From: an uncultured virus (IMG/VR IMGVR_UViG_3300034072_002082)
Lineage: Duplodnaviria > Heunggongvirae > Uroviricota > Caudoviricetes
DNA: 20,000 nucleotides
IMG/VR virus record: IMGVR_UViG_3300034072_002082
Direction: 5' to 3' (one strand)
Under the pieces are notes generated by a model. That model ran no database searches, was not told the origin of the DNA, and was given only the letters and a program-made list of their open reading frames with translations. A program made the translations under genes and the position numbers. The first letter of the stretch is position 1. Each line of letters opens with the position of its first letter. Positions 16,295 through 20,000 of this stretch are shown piece by piece.

Positions 16295-16406
16295 GGAAGT
16301 GCACCGCATGTTCGCTGCGGACGCAATCGAGGGCTCGTCTTGCGTGGGACGATTATGGCAGCCTTTCGGACGTCAAGCTACCCCTCACACGGACATGATG
16401 GAAATG

Positions 16407-16790
16407 TCAGATCTCGCTGACGGAGCAGACAGCGAAGTTGAGGCCGTTCATGTGCGCTCGGGCGCGCACCTCGGGCTGGCTGCGCAGCATCTTGCTGAGA
16501 AGGCGACCAGTCGTGCCTCTTGCAACGATGGAACGCTGGTACGTGCGCTTGCGGGTGTCGTCAAAGCAAGTAATGTCGACGCCTGAAAGGACGTAGAGAT
16601 CATGGCCATCCAGATCTTTGACGCGGACGATCTTCGTTTCGCGCGTGCGCTCAAGCATAACCACGAAGCCAAGCGTCGTGTCGTCCAGACATTGCTGGGT
16701 CAGGCCAGGCTTGGCTGGAGGAAACTTGCGATTGGTGAAGGACCCGGAGCGGAGGTTGCTCGAGCTACCAGTTATGTCCAAATGGCTCAT
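16407..16790 (-). CDS. Hypothetical protein
   Basis: 127-aa ORF divergent from the second mucR and followed by a terminator. Confidence 0.5.
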   Translation of the reverse strand: MSHLDITGSSSNLRSGSFTNRKFPPAKPGLTQQCLDDTTLGFVVMLERTRETKIVRVKDLDGHDLYVLSGVDITCFDDTRKRTYQRSIVARGTTGRLLSKMLRSQPEVRARAHMNGLNFAVCSVSEI

Positions 16791-17032
16791 GACCCATCAA
16801 TCCTTGGAGGTGTGCGCGGCAAAGAAAGGTATGTGCAAGAAGATCTGATATCGATATTTTCATACAGCAAATTCAAACACATGAAGGCTGATAGCTGGGA
16901 ATATTCCGGGAAACCCTTGGAACTCTCACTGGCAAGTTGGCATTATGTCTAGGAACGTCCGTTCAAAAACTGGTGGCGACGTCTATGTCCGATGGCTATA
17001 TTGTCTCCGAACGAGAACAGGGTTGTCAATCA

Positions 17033-17497
17033 ATGGAACAGAGTGAAATTGCCCCCAATATGGTGGGCATGTCCGTCGATCTTGCGGCTGCGTGGGCGGC
17101 CAATCCAAGCAATCGGTGCACGTCTGACGAGGTCCTGAACTTCGTGCGCCAGGCGCATCAGACGCTTCTGGATCTCTCCTCGCCAAAGCCGGAGGCTGAT
17201 GCGGCGCCAGAAGACGAACGACCAAAGGTGATAAAGGGTGCTGTCACCGAGCGCCAATCCTTGTCGTCAAGCGCTCACATCATTTCGATGCTCGATGGCA
17301 AGCCCTACAAGACGCTTCGCCGTCATCTGGCAGGGCATGGGCTCACGCCGGAGGAATACCGGCAGCGCTTTGGCCTGAAGCCCGACTACCCGATGGTTGC
17401 TCGCGACTATTCCGAGCGGCGCAGCGCGATGGCCAAAGCATCAGGGCTGGGGGTCAAGCCGATCCACAAGCAGCGCAAGCGGCGGACGAAAGACTAA
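17033..17497 (+). CDS. mucR: MucR/Ros family regulator, variant lacking the zinc-binding Cys
   Basis: IISMLDGKPYKTLRRHLAGHGLTPEEYRQRFGLKPDYPMVARDYSERRSAMAKASGLG. Start estimated at ATG 17033. Confidence 0.9.
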   Translation: MEQSEIAPNMVGMSVDLAAAWAANPSNRCTSDEVLNFVRQAHQTLLDLSSPKPEADAAPEDERPKVIKGAVTERQSLSSSAHIISMLDGKPYKTLRRHLAGHGLTPEEYRQRFGLKPDYPMVARDYSERRSAMAKASGLGVKPIHKQRKRRTKD

Positions 17498-17515
17498 ACT
17501 CAAAGCTACGGCAGC

Positions 17516-17546
17516 AAAAAGGCCCGCCTCGATGAGGCGGGCCTTT
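17516..17546. terminator. Bidirectional terminator between convergent genes
   Basis: AAAAAGGCCCGCCTC-GAT-GAGGCGGGCCTTT. Confidence 0.8.
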
Positions 17547-17570
17547 GTCGTTTGGCGCTTGGCAATCTGG

Positions 17571-18062
17571 TCAGATCTGGAAGGCTTGCCCAATCTCCTT
17601 GAGGCACTGTTCCAGATTGCGAGTGGCGATCGCGGGGGCTTCACCCATATGCTCAGCCTGATAGGCTCGCAGAGCAGGGCCGATAAGGCTGTCGTCTGCG
17701 GCAGGATTGATCAAAGGCTTCACCATGCCTTGGACCTGCATCATGGTCTGGGAGATTTTCAGTTGATCTGGTCGATTTTGCTTCACGGCGTCCGCTGCCA
17801 AGGCAATGCCGTAATAGGAGCAGCGCACGTAGCCGTCGAACCCCCAGACCTTGGCAAGATTGCGCGGCCCCTCGGCAACGTTGGGCTGCGTTCCTGAAGT
17901 ACCGTCTTGTGCTGCTGCAGGCTGAGCGCTGCCCAACTCGGCGCTGGTAGCTGACGTAACAGTCGACGATTGGCCGTCGCTGGTGTTGTCGGAAGCAGAT
18001 CCGCAGCTGGTCAGCAGCAATAGGGCAAGGCCGATAGCCCAAGTTTTGTGCATTGTTGTCAT
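17571..18062 (-). CDS. Putative lipoprotein
   Basis: Lipobox LLTS-C, Ser/Thr-rich linker and a helical domain with two Cys. Confidence 0.75.
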   Translation of the reverse strand: MTTMHKTWAIGLALLLLTSCGSASDNTSDGQSSTVTSATSAELGSAQPAAAQDGTSGTQPNVAEGPRNLAKVWGFDGYVRCSYYGIALAADAVKQNRPDQLKISQTMMQVQGMVKPLINPAADDSLIGPALRAYQAEHMGEAPAIATRNLEQCLKEIGQAFQI

Positions 18063-18122
18063 CCTTCAGTGTCTGAACCAGATCAGTCACAAGCGCTTAA
18101 GATCGGGTGAAACAGGTCAGCG

Positions 18123-18158
18123 CAGATGGCACCATGTTGGAATTAATGGTGCCATCTG
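18123..18158. repeat. 13-bp perfect inverted repeat after the methyltransferase
   Basis: CAGATGGCACCAT-N10-ATGGTGCCATCTG. Confidence 0.6.
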
Positions 18159-18165
18159 AATGACA

Positions 18166-18927
18166 TCAGGCGGGCTTGTTCAGCACGACGATGCGGCTTG
18201 CGACCCCGGTGCCGGACTTCTTGAAGGCCCCGGCAGCCACCGGCTCGACGTAGGCGCAAAGGCTGTCGAGCCAGTCGCGCCACTCAGCGCATTCACGCTC
18301 TTGGCCGAAGAAGCTGTGTTCGCCGACGATCGCCGCTAGCCGGCCGCCTGGCTTCAGACAGGCAAAGGCATGGCGCACATGCCGGATGTCGGCATTCTTG
18401 GCGAAGGGCGGGTTCATCGCGATCTTGGAGACCTGCAGGGTCTGCGGATCCTGTTCGAGGAAATCGCCCTGGCGGATTACCCCCGCGAGGCCTTGTGCCT
18501 GCAAGGCAGTGATGTTGTCCTGGTCGATCTCGACTGCCGTGATGGATGCCGGCTTGCAGCCGTCCAGCGCTGTGATGATGCGGCCAAGCCCGGCGCTGGG
18601 CTCCAGACAGGTGTCATCGCTGTTGATGTCGAGGAACGAGCAAAGATGGTCTGCGAGCTCGCTCGGGGTTTCGAAGAGCTGCAAGCTCTGCTGGCGGCTG
18701 ACGACATTGCCGTTGCCCAAGGCGTCCTGAATCTTGGGGGAGGGGTCAAACGGGAACTTGTGACCGCCCGCTTTGCGGTCCCACTTGCCGCCAAGTGCTT
18801 TGAGGACCTTGTCCGTGGACATGTAGAGATTGCGGTCGAGTTGACCTGCGGGCAGGGTGAGCAGCATGCCGTTGATCGTCGAGCGTGAGAGCACGTCGGC
18901 GACGTCTGGCGAGATCGTGATAGCCAT
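18166..18927 (-). CDS. SAM-dependent amino-methyltransferase (probable DNA N6-adenine MTase)
   Basis: Motif X QLFETP, motif I LEPSAGLG, AVEID, GDFL, motif IV MNPPF, LKPGGRLAAI, FKKSGTGV. Confidence 0.85.
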   Translation of the reverse strand: MAITISPDVADVLSRSTINGMLLTLPAGQLDRNLYMSTDKVLKALGGKWDRKAGGHKFPFDPSPKIQDALGNGNVVSRQQSLQLFETPSELADHLCSFLDINSDDTCLEPSAGLGRIITALDGCKPASITAVEIDQDNITALQAQGLAGVIRQGDFLEQDPQTLQVSKIAMNPPFAKNADIRHVRHAFACLKPGGRLAAIVGEHSFFGQERECAEWRDWLDSLCAYVEPVAAGAFKKSGTGVASRIVVLNKPA

Positions 18928-18981
18928 CTTTCTTCTCCGTGGTGGATGCCAACGGCGTCAGCACCACAGGAAGCCTTCCTT

Positions 18982-19422
18982 CTACCGCTCCGCAGCACAC
19001 GCTTGGGCGCGAAACTCGTTTGCACGGAGCGCTGCCGCCCGACGGCTGGCTTTGGCCCTCTGAGCGGCTGCGCGGGCCGTCTCAGGGGCAATGCGACGCT
19101 TGCGGCGCATCTCCTTGGTCTCACGGCAGGGTTCGACGCGGCCGATGTCTGCAGCGCCGCCGAAGCCGGTGCCAAAGCGGCGTTCGATCTCTGCAAGGCG
19201 AGCAAGGCCGGCAGGGGTTGCAAAAGCGCAAGTGACAGCCTTGCCGCCGCGACCGTCGGAGCCGACACGGCGAAGGACGATTTCGCCCTCGTCTGCCATG
19301 CGCTTGAGGAAGTGGGTGAGGCGAGCCGCCCACTTCACATTGAGCCCAAGGCCGCCTTCGCTGGCAGCGCGGCGCAAGTAGGCGGCGCGGGTCGCAAGAC
19401 CCTTGTGCTTATCTGCAGACAT
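18982..19422 (-). CDS. Basic hypothetical protein, possible winged helix
   Basis: Start estimated at ATG 19422. LKRMADEGEIVLRR...AFATPAGLARL resembles a MarR-like wing; Arg-rich tail. Confidence 0.5.
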   Translation of the reverse strand: MSADKHKGLATRAAYLRRAASEGGLGLNVKWAARLTHFLKRMADEGEIVLRRVGSDGRGGKAVTCAFATPAGLARLAEIERRFGTGFGGAADIGRVEPCRETKEMRRKRRIAPETARAAAQRAKASRRAAALRANEFRAQACAAER

Positions 19423-19490
19423 GGGGATTTCCGGTTCTAGGGAATAACGTGTTGATGCCTCAACCTCGCAAACCCAATTGGTTACGCCTA

Positions 19491-19640
19491 GCATTTTCAT
19501 GCCACAGCGCGATTTCGAGACTACGCTCATCCTCAGTCGTGAGACTGTGCAGCTCAGCCTTGCGGCTGGCTGCCGGATCACGTTAGCGTCTCAAGGGCCC
19601 TGAACGGCCCTCGCCAGGACATTCCTGGCCGCATTGTGGT
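19491..19640 (-). ncRNA. Probable TnpB omegaRNA (reRNA) scaffold plus guide; boundaries approximate
   Basis: Nested stems right after the tnpB stop: GAGAC/GTCTC, ATCC/GGAT, GCAGC-CAGCC-GCAA-GGCTG-A-GCTGC and CAGTC-TCAC-GACTG, ending at GAAATC (19516-19511). Confidence 0.55.
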
Positions 19641-20000
19641 CACGATGCAGGACTGCGCCGCACGAGCAACTGTGCTTACGCACATTGCCGTTCTTTGGCA
19701 CTTTTGTGCCGCAGAAGCTGCAGTCCTGGCTCGTGTTGCGCGGATCGACCATGCGCAGCTCGCCACCGGCTCTTTCAGCCTTGTAGCGAAGCATGGCGAT
19801 CAGACGTCCCGGCGATGCATCGAGCATCGACCGGTTCAGGCCGGCCTTCTGCCGCACGTTCTTGCCCGGTTTGGCCAAGGTGCCCTTGGCCGACCGGGTC
19901 ATGTTCTTGAGCTTGAGATCCTCGACAACGATAACCTCGAAGCGGTTTGCGATGTTCGCGCTTACCTGATGAAGGTGCGTGGTGCGCGTATTCTCGATCC
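19591..20000 (-). CDS. tnpB: RNA-guided endonuclease TnpB (IS200/IS605/IS607 family), 3' part
   Basis: The frame is open to the window edge: HLHQVSANIANRFEVIVVEDLKLKNMTRSAKGT...GLNRSMLD...VDPRNTSQDCSFCG...CSCG...RDHNAARNV, giving RuvC II Glu, zinc finger and RuvC III Asp. Confidence 0.92.
   Translation of the reverse strand, partial: IENTRTTHLHQVSANIANRFEVIVVEDLKLKNMTRSAKGTLAKPGKNVRQKAGLNRSMLDASPGRLIAMLRYKAERAGGELRMVDPRNTSQDCSFCGTKVPKNGNVRKHSCSCGAVLHRDHNAARNVLARAVQGP

Noticed and set aside
1..20000. Prophage call
   Set aside because: No capsid, terminase, tail, integrase or lysis genes in the window, and the ClpP looks like the cellular type rather than a prohead protease. The element type remains undetermined.

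Overview
GC-rich, almost entirely minus-strand accessory region. The two MucR/Ros genes and TTGAC-N17 promoters point to an alphaproteobacterium, possibly a sphingomonad megaplasmid, ICE or phage-plasmid; this is inference. The main result is a compact Ro60/Rsr (TROVE-vWA) locus. It has a sigma70-type promoter whose -35 box lies between two 17-bp palindromic operators, then two tandem Y-RNA-like ncRNAs, then the TROVE gene and a translationally coupled Cro-like HTH protein. One RNA is a minimal 65-nt form and the other is a 146-nt YrlA-like form with a circularly permuted tRNA domain. No rtcB, rtcA or rtcR is present in the window. Other contents: a triplet of leaderless type IV pilin-like genes with GTG, TTG and ATG starts; three paralogous secreted proteins plus a remnant of a fourth; a Zn-type and a Zn-less MucR; an orphan ClpP; a standalone IrrE/ImmA-type metallopeptidase; a putative Cdc123/R2K-type ATP-grasp protein; an orphan NPPF methyltransferase; and the 3' end of a TnpB gene with its probable omegaRNA. 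All calls come from reading the sequence; no searches were run.
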